Positions 11,221 through 24,719 of a stretch of 64,000 nt of DNA are shown piece by piece (positions within the stretch are counted from its first letter, which is position 1; each line of letters opens with the position of its first letter). Below the pieces are notes generated by a model, which had not been told where the DNA came from, ran no database searches, and was given only the letters and a program-made list of their open reading frames with translations. Origin of the DNA: Phoronis australis (Eukaryota; Animalia; Phoronida); the NCBI GenBank assembly GCA_002633005.1, contig NMRA01000636.1:155170-219169 (forward strand), written 5' to 3'. A program made the translations under genes and the position numbers.

Positions 11221-12324
11221 CTGTAACAAGGACAATAATAAAAGTGGTGTGAGAGAAAGGAAAACATGGATATCAGTTATGCACCAGCACCGCAACGCAA
11301 GTGTGAAATACTGCACAACAGTGACAGAAAACACTTTAGATACAGTTAAAAACCTTCATAAATTTTCGCTAATTTGACAAACAGTATTAGTGATAAGTGA
11401 ATTTTTTCACTTTTTCATCAAGATAAGTAGCACAAAATTAATGCTTGATAAACATTTTCAAGTCACATGTGAGCAACAAACAAAGAGATCATTTGACCAC
11501 AAAAAGTCGATGACATTGGAATCATCATTTCTAAGTTTGGTCTTTGCTCATTCAAGAACAACAATGGAGATAAAATCCTATAATACCCTCTGTTAACAGC
11601 CAATGCCTTAAACTGTCATTAAGAGGAGAGAGGTACTTTTTGACTGTTATTTTGAGTTATAGTAAATTAACTATGTCATCATTTTTTCAGGCAATGTCAC
11701 CGATACACGTATGAAAACGTAGCACAAAGTTTTAACAAGTATGCACCCCAAGAATCTTATTAATGTGACAAAACGCAACAACCATTTCTTAAATTTCTTT
11801 TCAAATTGATCAGATGTTCGTAAACATGATCACCATGGAAACAATGATCAACAAAAATGGTACTTCAACCCCGACTGCCATTTATTCTTCCAAGAACAAC
11901 ATGGAAACTATCATGGGAATATAGTGCTAGTACTGTAATTTGCTCTAAGAAACACTATCTGAACAACCATATCAACAAAAACAAAGCTTAATTAATAAGA
12001 TAAAGACAATGAGATAAAGACAATGAGACCTGTTTATGTTTTGTAAGTGGCTATTCAACAAACTAACATACATTTCTACCAAAGTTGCTTCACTTCACAT
12101 CAAGTATTTGACAACAGGAATGAGACAAAACATCGATTCATTCGAGGAAACTAATGGAAAACCAAACAATAAATGCCCAGCTCAAGACAATGTATTCCAG
12201 TTGGCAAAATGAATAACATTACTCATTACTTACATACAAACAAGGAGCTTAGTTCACAAAGACTTTGATATGCACAAGAAGCCTATTATTGCCCAGGCAG
12301 CAGTGAAACTGTGGCAGATTCACA

Positions 12325-12328
<4 letters not shown>

Positions 12329-12356
<28 letters not shown>
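12329..12356. repeat. (GA)n microsatellite
   Basis: Directly visible. Confidence 0.9.
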
Positions 12357-12358
<2 letters not shown>

Positions 12359-13868
12359 TTACAGGGAGGAATCTTGTCTGTGATGATTTGCAGCATACCT
12401 CTGACCTGGTATTGACCCTGGGTAGTCAAGGAAGAAACCAAGGGCAAATACATACAGGATCTACATTTAACACTGGTGTTTACAACTGGATCTGCACAGG
12501 AGTGGTAGGGTAGGCTGTGAAAACAACAAGAAAATTGACACCACTGACAAGGTTCTATTTTAACTTGTAGAGCTGCCTTGTAGATCTTGATTCCTCAAAA
12601 CTCAGACCAGTAGTGGTAGAAACAGTACAAAAATACATTGCAGTCATGATGAAACCGACGAACATAGCCGAGAAACGTTTTCAAACTTGTGATTTCAGGT
12701 TTCATTCAGTCACAGACAAGACATCCACTGGTAAATCTTTTAAGCAGAGAACATTAACCTTACAAATATCAGCTCAATGACCAATTAAGCACACGGTCAC
12801 CGACTGTATTTATTCCTCTTCCACGGAAAACCCGAATTCAAACAACTATCAAACATCAATGCTTAAGATGAGGCAATTGGAGCTCTCCAGCGTGTAATCA
12901 ATATTTTGTAATGAAAATGCAGAAATTAAAGAGACTGGCACAATCATATAAATTAAGTATAAATGCATGACACGATATATAGTGAACTGGACATCCAACA
13001 AATAAAAGCGGAATGCGATATCCCATTTCTTTAGATTATCATCACTGCCTGGTTGCAACCAGGAAAATCATGAACTCTACATCGTTAAGCCTCTGCCTGC
13101 AGCCATCCTCTTTGGATCACAAGATCAATCATTGGTGCTTGAACCAGATCCTTGAAAAACAGGGATGTGACTTTTGGGCACCCCGCAAATAACTTTAGAC
13201 TAGAGACAACTGTCAAACCTTGTGGCATGCTTTAAGTAATCTTTTGAATTTCATGTGCCATAGATTGGTTCCTTTTTCAAGCTGAGCCTCATGCTTGCCT
13301 GTTTAGGGTCCTACTCTTGGGAAGAACTGCAATATGCTTTAATGCTTAGACCTCAGAGCTTAGACTAACTACCCTAACTTTGTATTCTCAGATCAGGGCA
13401 ACTTGAAAAGTGTCTGTTAAGAAACCCTGAGAGTGAACATGTGCAATTTATCTCTCAACAATTTAACTAGGTATGCCCACTAAGGATAAGAACCTATTTA
13501 TGTTGTTTCAAGGCCCTTTCATATTGACTTAACTCAGGTCTGAGCAGAGCGTCGACATAAACAGCGCAGTTAACTGGACCGTTCATACTGGCTTCGGTAG
13601 TTAAAGGCGAAGGCAACCTTTTTTCATGTCATTTTAAGCTAAAATAAGGTTGGTTGGTTATCCTAGACATATTTTCCACTTAATTACAGCTTTTCGTAAT
13701 TTTGTTAATTACTCGTCCGCTACTCCGGAAGTGACGTTTTAGGAGGCAAGCATTTCGCGCCAATTTCTTTTCATATAGTCTGACTGTGAGAGCTGCCAGT
13801 CAGTCATTGTTCTACCTCGGTTGTGTTAAGTTACGTCGTTGTTTGCTTTCATTTACTAATCAGTCAAC

Positions 13869-14645
13869 ATGCCATACTGTTGCTGGGTACCGGGATGTAC
13901 TAATTATCGTCTCACGCGCGCTTTGGGAGTACCTTAGCATCGCTTTCCGATGGATGACACACTTCGCCGTACTTGGCTCGTTCGTGTGAAGAACGCAGCA
14001 TTACCCGTCCACGCAACGTACAAAGCAGTCGAGAATTACCGTGTGTGTGGCAAGCACTTTCTGCCGTCCGATTACGAAAGGGATTTGTACGCTTAACTGA
14101 TGAAGATCCCTGCGAAACAACGCCTGATGAAGGATGCCATTCCGTCTGTGTTAATTCCCGGCAGTGCCCCGTCGCCACCCCCGAGAAGTGCGTTTTTGAA
14201 GAGAGAAGCCTCGCGAGCTGTGGCCAGTACAGTGACTGGAGCCAGTGGAGGCACTTCATCCACTGTCACCCGTGCCTCCGAACGTACCCCAGTGCGTGCC
14301 ATTCCTTGAACCAGTAGTGATTCGCCCTGTGCTGTTTTCTCCAGCCCAGAGCCTCTAAGCAGCCCTGCAGCGATATTGAGTAGTGGGAGTGATTACAGGC
14401 CCAGTTCGACACCCAGTGAAGAGGACAGTTCGTCGTCCAATCAACTGATCGGTGAGCCAAACTTTGATAAGTTTATTGTGGACTTGTCTAAAGTGTTGGA
14501 GCTATTTAGAAGGTGCCAGGTGTGTGGCGAGGGAGTCACACAACACGATGTAGCAGTTTGGGTGCTCAGGTCACCATCCAGTTGGAGTGTGTCGCAGGAC
14601 ACTCTGGCAACTGGGACAGTTGTTCCTCTGCCCGTGGTATGCCGG
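13869..14645 (+). pseudogene. Kolobok transposase N-terminus (THAP zinc finger plus CxxC..C..GH motif), frameshifted and truncated
   Basis: MPYCCWVPGCTNY...HRFP...TW...RVCGKHFLPSDY...L..DAIPSV; then DKFIVDLSKVLELFRRCQVC...ECVAGHSGNWDS. DDE core absent. Confidence 0.85.
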
Positions 14646-14649
14646 AGGG

Positions 14650-14961
14650 CCACTTAACCGTGTCCAGTAGTGGCTTGGCCTCGTCGAACTCTGAACAGCA
14701 CAAGAATTCCATTGAGGTAGGCATAACAACGCACACAGTGCATTTACACCAAGATGTGTCACCACGTCTGTCCTCAGTAGCCGCCTCGTTTCTCTCAACA
14801 GCTGCCTGTGCCTGTGCATAATCTGCCACGTTATACTCGGGCTCAAACATGTACCCACCCACTGAATGTCCGTGAAAAAATTCCTCGTCACCACTGCTGT
14901 GAACAAGGTCTCCGTCACACACACTACTGTCACTGTGATACGGGTCACCGACTCCAGCCAT
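14650..14961 (-). pseudogene. KolX-like protein N-terminal part (P2X7 ballast/nanor-like Cys cluster), truncated
   Basis: MAGVGD...GYMFEPEY...RRGDTSWCKCTVCVVMPTSMEFLCCSE matches the YxFEP...WCxCxxCxxMPTxxExxCCxE pattern; convergent to the transposase as in Kolobok. Confidence 0.8.
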
Positions 14962-16199
14962 TTTCAGCTTACAACACACTAAACAATCCCTAAATCCAAC
15001 GTAGTTGAGTTCTCCACTAACCTATCTTGCCGCAGAATACTCGCCCATGGAAAGTGGTGGCGACAATCGTTGAAAAACAGCACAAAACAAAAGTAGAATA
15101 GAATAGATTCGCACGGTAAACTCAACGCAAAACCAAGTGGCGGGAAACGCTTGCCTCCTAAAATGTCACTTCCGCAGTAGAGGACGAGTAATTAATAAAA
15201 TTACGAAAAGCTGTAATTAAGTGGAAAACATGTCTAGGATAACCAACCAACCTTATTTTAGCTCAAAATGACATGGAAAAAGGTTGCCTTCGCCTTTAAT
15301 GACCATCAGGTTGGTGACCTTGACGTCATCGAAGTTATCTCAAGGTAGCGCTGCACGATAAGATTTTTTCAATGTGACAATTTTGGAACATTTAAATGTT
15401 TTAACTGACATTAAACTCATTTTTAAATCGCTTGGTTATCATTAGAGCAAAAAATAAGTAGTTATTAGTGATGGCACTACTCAGTAACTGTTGACGATAA
15501 CAGTGGCATCTGGCGATAACTTCGATTGGACCAGGGTTAAGCGTTCATACTGCACCGCAGCGTCGACGCTGCGGTCTTAAATCCACCTGTTAACTGCGAT
15601 GTTAACTGGAGCTGTTAACTGCGATCCAGGACCGGAGTTAAGCGTTCATACTGACCCCAACTCCCCAAATCATCGACGCGTCGACGTTAGTATGAAAGGC
15701 CCTTCAGATGCTCAAACTCCCCTTTGGACTAAGATAAATAAACCTAGTGGTGCTTCAGGGCTTTACAAAATGTCACCACTTTCGGACAAAAATAATTGCC
15801 ATAATAGCTCTTTTTCATTTCCAAGGGCGTCTAATGTAATTGAATGTCCAAAATTTTTCAAAATATTGTCTATTAAGAGTTATAGTGCAGAACTTGAACA
15901 TGGAAACATTAATTTACTGCTGCATATCTTCAATAGAAAAAAGAAAAATGTGTCCTAATTAGGTGAGATTTTATGGTAAACAAGTATGCCAACATTAAAA
16001 CTGCCGCAGCACATAGTCATCAATGGCCATGTGATACAGCAAAAACTGGGCAAGAATTCAGCCCAATCAAACTCTCACCCCAACTTTGTCAAGTTTGGGC
16101 CAACAAGGTGGCTTTTGTTGTCTCAGTTAAGTATTGGTAAAAAGTACATGATAACACTTTGTATTCATATCCCATGAGGCAATAACCAAGACCTTGTTT

Positions 16200-16628
16200 C
16201 AAGGTACCTAAACTACACGGTCAACGGACTCACAAACACGACTCACAGAACCACAAACACCGCCCACTGACTCACAAGCACGGGAACGGACTCACAAAAC
16301 ACGATCCACGCACCCAAATACACGGACACGTTCTCATATTCACGAGAAAACACGGTTAACGAACCACCAAACACGGTTTACAGACAAAATGAAGATGTCA
16401 GCTGACCCAGGAAGCCGATGAGTTCGTGACCCTTGTTTGGCAGTACGTTAACCGTGTTTCCTCGTGAATATGAGTCCGTGTCCCATGTATTTGGGTGCGT
16501 GGATCGAGTTTTATTCATTCGCTCCCGTGTTTGTGAGTCAGTGGACGGTGTTTGCAGGTCCTTAAGTTGTGTTCATGCGTCCGTGCCAGTGTTTATGAGT
16601 CCGTTGACCGAGTAGTTTAGGTACTTTG
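16200..16628. mobile_element. Foldback MITE with 5-bp TSD (hAT5-like?)
   Basis: TIR CAAGGTACCTAAACTACACGGTCAACGGACTCA; nearly whole-length palindrome; TSD TGTTT; second copy at 48267-48694. Confidence 0.85.
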
Positions 16629-17289
16629 TGTTTGCCACATACCTGTGTCTGTCTGTAAACAGGTATGTGAACTTCATCAGGTTATAAGGGGTGCAAAGAG
16701 GAGAGTACAATACACTCATTCACATCTTCTGATCAAGTGAATCTTAGCAGTGTCCAGGACTTGAATGCCAATACCTAAATGGCCCCCATACATTTGATAC
16801 ACTGTTTTTTTCTTTCTGACAACTACATATGCTCAGTATTGGAGAACATTTCAAAATGCGGAGAGAATCTGGGGATTTGAAATGTCAGCTCTGTTAATCC
16901 CAAAGCCAGTATTTACACTGTTAGTCCACAATACAAAGAAAAAAAAGCAAGTCTTTACATTATTACAATTAAACTTTAAAAAAACTATTACAATCTGAAA
17001 TTATAATTATTTCTGACCTCCCTGGCATCGGCTGACCAACGAAGCCAAGACTTAAGGGATAAATAATCAGGAAGTTTTTGTGTCAAAACCCATCAATATT
17101 TTCATACTGATGGTATAGATTTATTATCAAGCACTGTTCTCACCATTTATTACCTATTATCAGAGAAATCTGCATTTTCTGGGTTTTCCATAGGGCAAAA
17201 ACCAAAGATCAGCCTGTTTACTCTTCCCAGTTCACCACATCAGCCCGAACACCCTACGCATGCTCAACTCAAAATCATGGACCCGTGTG

Positions 17290-18050
17290 CAGGAATACAA
17301 AGGGTAGATTTCATGAAGATCCATAAAAGAACTTAGTATATATCAAGGCAGATGCAATGATAACTTGTCACTAGGGTGCACCACAGTAGTCAGATACATC
17401 GACACCAGCTGTGCCTTCTTCAATGAGAAGAAATGTGCTAAATTTCATGAAGAGCGATTGAAGAGCATAGTAGATTCTGAGGCAGTTGCAAAAAAAGCTA
17501 TAATTGCCACTGGGGGCACAACTATAGAACAATCCAAAAATTAATGTCAGCCATGTTCTCCTCAATAGGAACCATTAATTTTCACGATTCTTCAAGCAGT
17601 TTGCGGATGGGAAGGCAGATGTCGAAAAACAAAAACAATAAAAACGGGCACTAGGGGCTCAGAAAAGGCAGAATCCACTTGAAATTAAGCAGGTGCAATT
17701 ATTCCTTTCATAGAAACTTGTATGCCAGATCATGAAAACCTATCTAAGCACTTGGTAAAAATTGAGACACACGGAAAGAAAACCTGAATAGCTCCTAGGG
17801 GATGCCAAAGTAGTCAGTCTCAATCTGGAATGTCAGCCATACCCACCTCCACAGGGACTCCAAAAAATTTCATGAAGGCCCATCAGGGCAGTTGGTAGAT
17901 ACTGATTGTCATTGAGTGCGCTACTGTAGACAGATCTATATGGAAATCAATGTCAGCCAAATTTCATAAAGTACATTAAGGAACTTTGTAGATATTGAGG
18001 CAGAGACAAAAACTCAAAATTCCCAACAGGTATTGCTACTGAAGCCACAC
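17290..18050 (-). repeat. Old HINE family B-like unit array
   Basis: Recurrent AAATTTCATGAAG and CCACTRGGGGC motifs at about 140-bp spacing, as in 4691-6288. Confidence 0.55.
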
Positions 18051-19861
18051 CTGTCAAAAAAAGCAAAAACACTTGAGCTCTCTAGAAGAACACGCATCAA
18101 GTATTACGCTAAAATCGCGAGATTTTCAGACGGCCTGCCATTTTGGGACAAGAATTAATATTTCCATAGTCCACAAAAATTCGTACAAGGTTCAAAAACT
18201 GTTTTTCAATGGTTCACGAATTTCAAACAATGTTATAAATATGGGATTTCTGGCTCGCGAACTTTGGACAGGAAAAATGTTAGAAATGCTAATTTCGAAT
18301 AGACGCAACTCTCATGCCGCAAAAGTGTTCAATGGATGATTATTACTTCACAAGGCTTGAACCCGAGACTCGGTATAACGGGCCAAAAAATTTTTACCTT
18401 GTTTTAACGATGATATGACCGTAACTCTGTTGTTTCTGGAGCTTGCCTTATGTTTATCTTGTGTTTCGTATTTTATCTATGAAAAGAATCAGAGTCCTGC
18501 GCAAAGAAAATTTCTGATGAAAATACACCGAAGGCTGCAATTTTTCGTTGTAGCGTGACTGACGTATGTTCTGGTTACGTTTGTTTTTAAAGCATGTTAT
18601 TTTAATTACGACCGTAACAATGAAATTGCACACCTGACATCAAGTTGTGTCATTATGAAACTTCTCATTTTTAAAAGGTATTGTGACAAATTGTCTTGTT
18701 CTTTGCAAATGCCATTGTGGCAATAAACTTCCGATGACATGTCCAGGTTTTTTATCCATGATGTGATGACAAATAAAATATTTTTTGTTCCAAGCCCCCA
18801 TACGCAATACAGCCATGTCTACCCAACGAATACCGTGCATTTAAAGTAGTGTAGATAGTAAGTGGCAGCAGCCTCATGAGACAGAGCCAAAAAGCAGAGA
18901 TGGTAGCAAACATAACTAGGTCTCACACTGCATGAGCCCGGCCGAGACTGCGTCATGCACGGGAGACGTTATGCTGCTCAGCATATTATGCGATTAACTA
19001 TTGTTGGACAACAACTTTTGCTGCCATTTACAGGCACCCCATCCAATGATTGGAAGCTTCGTGCAGCTGTTCTGGGCGTGCTTAATAATTTTGAATGTGA
19101 CGGTCAGAATGAAATGAGTCACCACTGACTTCATATGTAGCATTCAATACTTCTGACACAGCAATTTTTGTGTTGAAATAAATTTTTTCTTTAAAAATTT
19201 GTTGCCGTCCAAACATCTTTCATTTTTCAGTTCAGTTGCTAAAGTCTTCTTGGTAGTGCTCAATGGCATAAGGACGCTATCGCGTGTTTACCAGTACAAA
19301 TCCCTGCATTTTACAACCTAGCCAAAATCCCAGGTCGCATTTTCAAGCGCTGAATTGTTCCCTCGCATCCAAATAGGTCATTCGGTTAAGGCATCGTTTC
19401 ACGGATTTTTTTCGACAGATGTTTTTGAAATGTCGAGTTAAGTTACAAAATTTGGACTGGGAACAAAAAGTGGAGGAAATTTGCTTTCCGAGTTAGTTTG
19501 GATCTTTAACGACTTGGATGACAGCCAGTAGCTGGTCAGACCTAGCAAAATCCCGGATACTTTTTCAACAGACATTTTTTCCCTTTTCACATCGCAAACT
19601 TAGCTACTCGAATGCACATGTCAGTTAGAGAGCACTGATTCATCTTTCACATGGGCAACTTGCCTTGCACTCTAAAGCCTTTCAATGGTGGTCGTGAAGA
19701 ACAGTAATGCCGTACCTGCATGAACGAAGTCAATTTTGCGATCTGAAATTTGTGAGTATTTAACGGTGCAGGTAACAGCATAATCTAAACATTTTCTCGA
19801 TGATCTAAAAAATCAAATTTGGCACGTAAAAATGTTGGGAAAATTTTGCGACCTGGCATTN

Positions 19862-19932
<71 letters not shown>

Positions 19933-19949
19933 TGTGTCTGTGTCTGTGT
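19862..19949. repeat. (GT)n microsatellite next to an N
   Basis: Directly visible; it is the source of the HT/VC-repeat ORFs. Confidence 0.95.
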
Positions 19950-21058
19950 GCGGGGGGGCACTCCTCTCCAACATCAAAAAACTTTGTGGTGGCACAGCGA
20001 TGTTTACCTAGACAGTTACCTTCATTTCTTTCCAAATGAATTAATGGCCTGTCAGTGCTAAACAATTAATCAAATACTTCTGAGTATTGATTTATAACTG
20101 AGTACATGGTTCAGTTACATTACAACTACTAACCAAACAAAACAAGTACCCTACAACTAATAGTCGAAGCAACACTCGAGGATAAAAAATAACCTACCTC
20201 CATGAAAACCAAATCAATGATTGGCAAAATGCTACCATAAAAAATATCTGATCTATGGTACAAACAAGAAGTAACCACTGATAATCATAACATGTAAAAT
20301 GATTATAAAAACATTCAGCCATTGACGGGAATTACCTAACAGTAAGACTGCCTCATACAACCAGGTGAATGATCACACACTCCAGGCTGTAATGATGCAA
20401 GCCATGAACAACAGTTGGTGACTAATGGAAATTTTGTATCACAGGAATGCTCAATCATTATACACTAGGTGATGACTCACAGGAGTCAAGAGAGCAGAGG
20501 TCATTGCAGCCAGAACATCTCCAGTATTTTCATAGCGTCAAATTATCTCTGGGAGACATATCATATCTGTGCATGCCCAAACCTCAATCATAATAGCAAA
20601 AACATTTGGTAAAGAGAGATGGGTAAAAATCAAAATTTCAACCACGCAGGTTTTAAGTCGTGTGCAATGTCAATCCTTTGTCAACTTCCTGGTAGAGTTG
20701 ATAACTCTTGTTACAAGCACAGGCGTCCTCAGCTTCTGATCGTCCCCAATACACTATATATAATACTACAAGGTATGACACTCGGGACAAGAAATTCCAC
20801 GGGTGCTTCACTTCAGCCATCCATATCAAACACAAAACTCAATAAATTTACACAAAACAGGGTTTCAACAAACCATTAGTAATTGCTCTTTTTTCTAATA
20901 CCGTTCACAGTATCCTGGTCCAGCGAGATTGCAACAAATTCGCGGTCAAAGCACAAAAATATTCCCACAAAGCCCATGCATCAGTCCTCCTTTGACAGTT
21001 CGAGGTCAAGGATGGTATGGAATTATCCGATGAGTTACGGATGTACAGCAATTGACGG

Positions 21059-21596
21059 TTCATCACAGAAGGTTACAGAATGGTGTGGAGTTATCAATGT
21101 CGTGACACTCCGTGACAAACCGCAATTGCCGTACCGTCCTTGATCTCGAAACGTCAAAGGAGGACTGATGCGCAGTGTTCTCCACACCCTGTTTTAACTC
21201 GACGCTGTAACGAGTTTGGATTTTGCTGCGTCGAGTTTGGAAAATGCGCGTCGAGTTTAGAAAGTGCTGCGTCAGGTTTGAACTTTCGTCCTGGCTTGGT
21301 ATTTCAGCCCTCAACCCTAAAGCAGTGCCTGATTAACCAACATCAAGCCCAATACAGAACATTAGAGGCAGTCAACACTATATGTATAACTTCGTAAGAC
21401 ACTACAAAAGTTTAAATTATAATTAACAAAATCTGCAAAAAACTTTAAATAACAAACATTTCATGGAGTCACCTAGCTTGCNTTCATCACAGAAGGTTAC
21501 AGAATGGTGTGGAGTTATCAATGTCGTGACACTCCGTGACAAACCGCAATTGCCGTACCGTCCTTGATCTCGAAACGTCAAAGGAGGACTGATGCG
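21059..21596. repeat. 114-bp exact duplication across an N junction (21059-21172 = 21483-21596)
   Basis: Identical sequence restarts right after the N at 21482; the first copy continues into CAGTGTTCTCC..., the second does not. Confidence 0.85.
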
Positions 21597-24500
21597 TCAG
21601 CTTTTTGGGAACATTTCTGTGCTTTAACCGCGAATTTGTTGCGTAGTTTTGATCCTGAGGGAGTTGTACGTCTACATGCATAGGACCATTGAGAAGCCTC
21701 ACGCCTCTGTGGTGAACACCGCAAGTTGTGACAAGAGGTAAATCTTCATCTAAATTCCTTAATCCGATGAGTAAATTGAAATTTCGCAGTTTCGATCTCA
21801 TGCTAACAGTATGTTTTAACCACCAACTTGATTTTTGTTATCCATTTCTAACTTGGTTTCACATCAGTCTCCCATCACGTGATGTGTATAGACTATGTGT
21901 ATAACAATGAACTGTGACCTACTTTTAATTAGGTCAAGCAACAGTAACAGTTGATCCCACCGCGTGGCTGGGGATAGAAATGTTTTAATGATAATCAAGT
22001 TAATTACGCACTGCAGATTCAGTTGACATTGCCAGTGAATGTTGAGTTCTGAATAGCCGTATCTATACGATTATTTCAGACACGTTTTCCTGTCTATGCG
22101 ACGCTTATTCGGGTATCTACGTTTATCAATTTTCAAACTTTTTTCCGCGCTCCATGATTACTTGGTTCAGCAAGTTCACAATTTTTGTTTCATTCAATCC
22201 AAATTTGTTACACAAAAACTTTGCTGCTGACACCGGGTATCGTACCTTGGTTCTAAGACGAAGTGAAATCGCTCTAAATTCTAGACCACGAGCCACTCAG
22301 TTCTGTATTCGTAATTTAGAAGAGCAATATACGACTCCACGTTACACACGGAAGTCACATGCCATACACATTAAAGATTTTATTCCCTAAAATATACAAT
22401 TATCCGTTTCAAAGCGTAAAATAATCGGACTCCAAGCAAGGGTTTACGCAGTGGCCGTCTGTTGCACAGCTAGAATGTTATTTTGGACACGTTTGACGAG
22501 GTTGGTAAGAATGAAGAAAGAGTTGGCAAAATTTAAAAACGCTTGAAATGATGACCACTTTCTCAATATCAACGGCCATCTGTAATTTCAGAAATTAGAA
22601 ATTAAGTGCACAATAAGTGCTTTCTTAGCGCATTTTTCAATAATCCGCGTGCCCCGTGACACAGATCGGCTCAACATACATATGAATAAAAACGCTTTCC
22701 ACGAGTTTCTTTGGCTGATCCAATATTTATGATTGCGCCCTGTGAAAAGCTGTCAAACCGTTACAACTCTTCACTGTGTCTGTGCCCCACGTTTGCATTT
22801 CTAGGTGAAGTAATTCTGGGATTTTGCACAGTCAGTGTCATCTGCGGTTTCCGTCATGATTGACATGCGCATTCAACATGCTTAACCATGTTGTCTGCCG
22901 CGCAAAGGCCTAAAGAACTCAAGAATTATTTTATAAACCGAGAGATGTTTCAGATAAAGACATTGATTCAGATGCTGGTATGACAAATAATCCAGCAACA
23001 ATAATGGACTGTGGTGATAACGTGGCCAGTCAATGAAGCGCAAATACCTGTGCAATTAATGAACGGTGCCAAACCTTTCATTCAGCAAACTACCGACAAG
23101 TTGCCGACAACATCGGACATCAGCATTTTTACAATTCACTCCAAACTTGAGAATAGATTGTTTTTATGAACAGAAAGAATGGATTTGTGACAATCTAGAA
23201 AATGGCATAGTTGCTAACGTTTGACAATCCAATTGATATCTTTATTGAAATTCATTTCTTCTTGCTCTCCCGTCCAAATAAATGGAAACGCACATGAATC
23301 GGTTTTGTTTATTATACCAGATTAGATATTCAAGATGGTGGCAATAGTCATGGTCGTGGACTCGTTATGTTCGGCAATTCTGCAAGAAGTCTCAATTTCT
23401 GGCCGTGTAAAATTTTGGATGTACCGACTTTTTGACCCCAAATTCTGACTAACATTAAAAGGGTATTGATTATGAACGTTTGATAGCAATGCACCAGAGT
23501 TTTGTTGAAAGTCTTTCATAGATTACATATACGTCACAGAGCGTAAATTTGATGAATCTTAGCTTCCGATTTCACCTGTTTCGGAGACCGGATTTCAACC
23601 ACCTTGGGTCATAATAAGCGCCCCCCTGAACCGAACTTTTCTAAGCGCCCTGGGTGGTTATTACGGCGAATACGGTATACTATTATTGCTGTCTCTACAA
23701 CCATTCGAAACTCAAGAGTAACATAGTTTAGGCATGTATAGGTTATATTAATTGAAAACAAGGTTTCGCCTAATAATTAACAAAAAATCCTTAAGATTTC
23801 CTCTCGTCCCAGTTTAATCGGCTTTTTCTTGGCTTCAGCAAATCAACTTTATTAGAACTTAGGAACACGAGTTCTCGAAAACGGCTTTGTGGATTTCACT
23901 GAAACTTTCCAAACTTACTATTTATTCATCAATCTCAAAAACACTGATAGGATTTTCGATAGGCCTAGGTTTTGCGTAATGTAACAAAGATGAATACGAC
24001 TTCTATTTCTTACAAAAATACCTTATGTTTGTCATAGAAACCAACAAAAGACCAATCGAAAATACCTAACACTTACAAAAGTTTTCATTAAAATCAACAG
24101 AGGGGTTATTTTGCTACAAATGTACCTTTCTTAAAAAGAAATTTTGACTTAAAAAGGTGTTGACATAATAATAATGGCACATCAATACAAAACATATTTT
24201 TATATTCCCTAATCTTTTTTCTTTCAGAACATACATACTTTTACTAGTTGAAAAAGCTTCTTTTTTGAAAAACAAGTTAGAATGGAGGCCACTAGATAAG
24301 GTCCGAGATAACCTGAATTTCTTGAAAACACATTACTAAAATTCGAAGATACAGGGGCAAAAGTAAAAAACATTTTGCCTGTTAGCTGACGGCTCCATAG
24401 GAATACATCTTTCAAATTTCACAAAGCTCCTTCAAAGGGTTAAAGAGATTCGACTGCAGAAAACAAATCACCACTAGGAGGCGACGCGGTAGTCAGACCT

Positions 24501-24719
24501 GTCCTAAAGTCAACGTCAGTCGTGGCCTTCTCATCAGCAAAACATATGCAAATTTTTATAACGATCCTTTGAGATAGAGAGACAGACGCTAGAAAATGAA
24601 CACAAATGTAACAAAAATACCCAAAAGGTGACGAAAAATTTGTCGAAACCATCAGATAATGAAATAGCATCATCGCTTCCATATAAAATGCCTGTTTGCC
24701 CAATTTAATGAAAATCCAT

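Larger units (their letters stand above)
13605..15295 (+). mobile_element. Internally deleted Kolobok element, copy 2
   Basis: TTAA TSD (13601-04, 15296-99); long (~150 bp) imperfect TIRs starting AGGCGAAGGCAACC; convergent THAP-transposase and KolX fragments. Confidence 0.9.
13511..15703. mobile_element. PIF/Harbinger-like MITE hosting Kolobok copy 2
   Basis: TIR AGGCCCTTTCATA / TATGAAAGGCCCT; 3-bp TSD TCA (13508-10, 15704-06); internal GTTCATACTG and GTTAACTG repeats on both sides of the Kolobok. Confidence 0.75.

Noticed and set aside
12640-12685. Possible hammerhead ribozyme core (ATGATGA...GAAACG)
   Set aside because: Core deviates from CUGANGA and I cannot form convincing stems.
13605-15295. 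ProtoRAG/RAG-like transposon, suggested by convergent genes
   Set aside because: TTAA TSD, AGG termini, THAP and KolX motifs indicate Kolobok; no CAC/RSS-like ends or RAG1/RAG2 motifs.
19805-20065. His/Thr- and Val/Cys-rich ORFs
   Set aside because: Translations of the (GT)n microsatellite.
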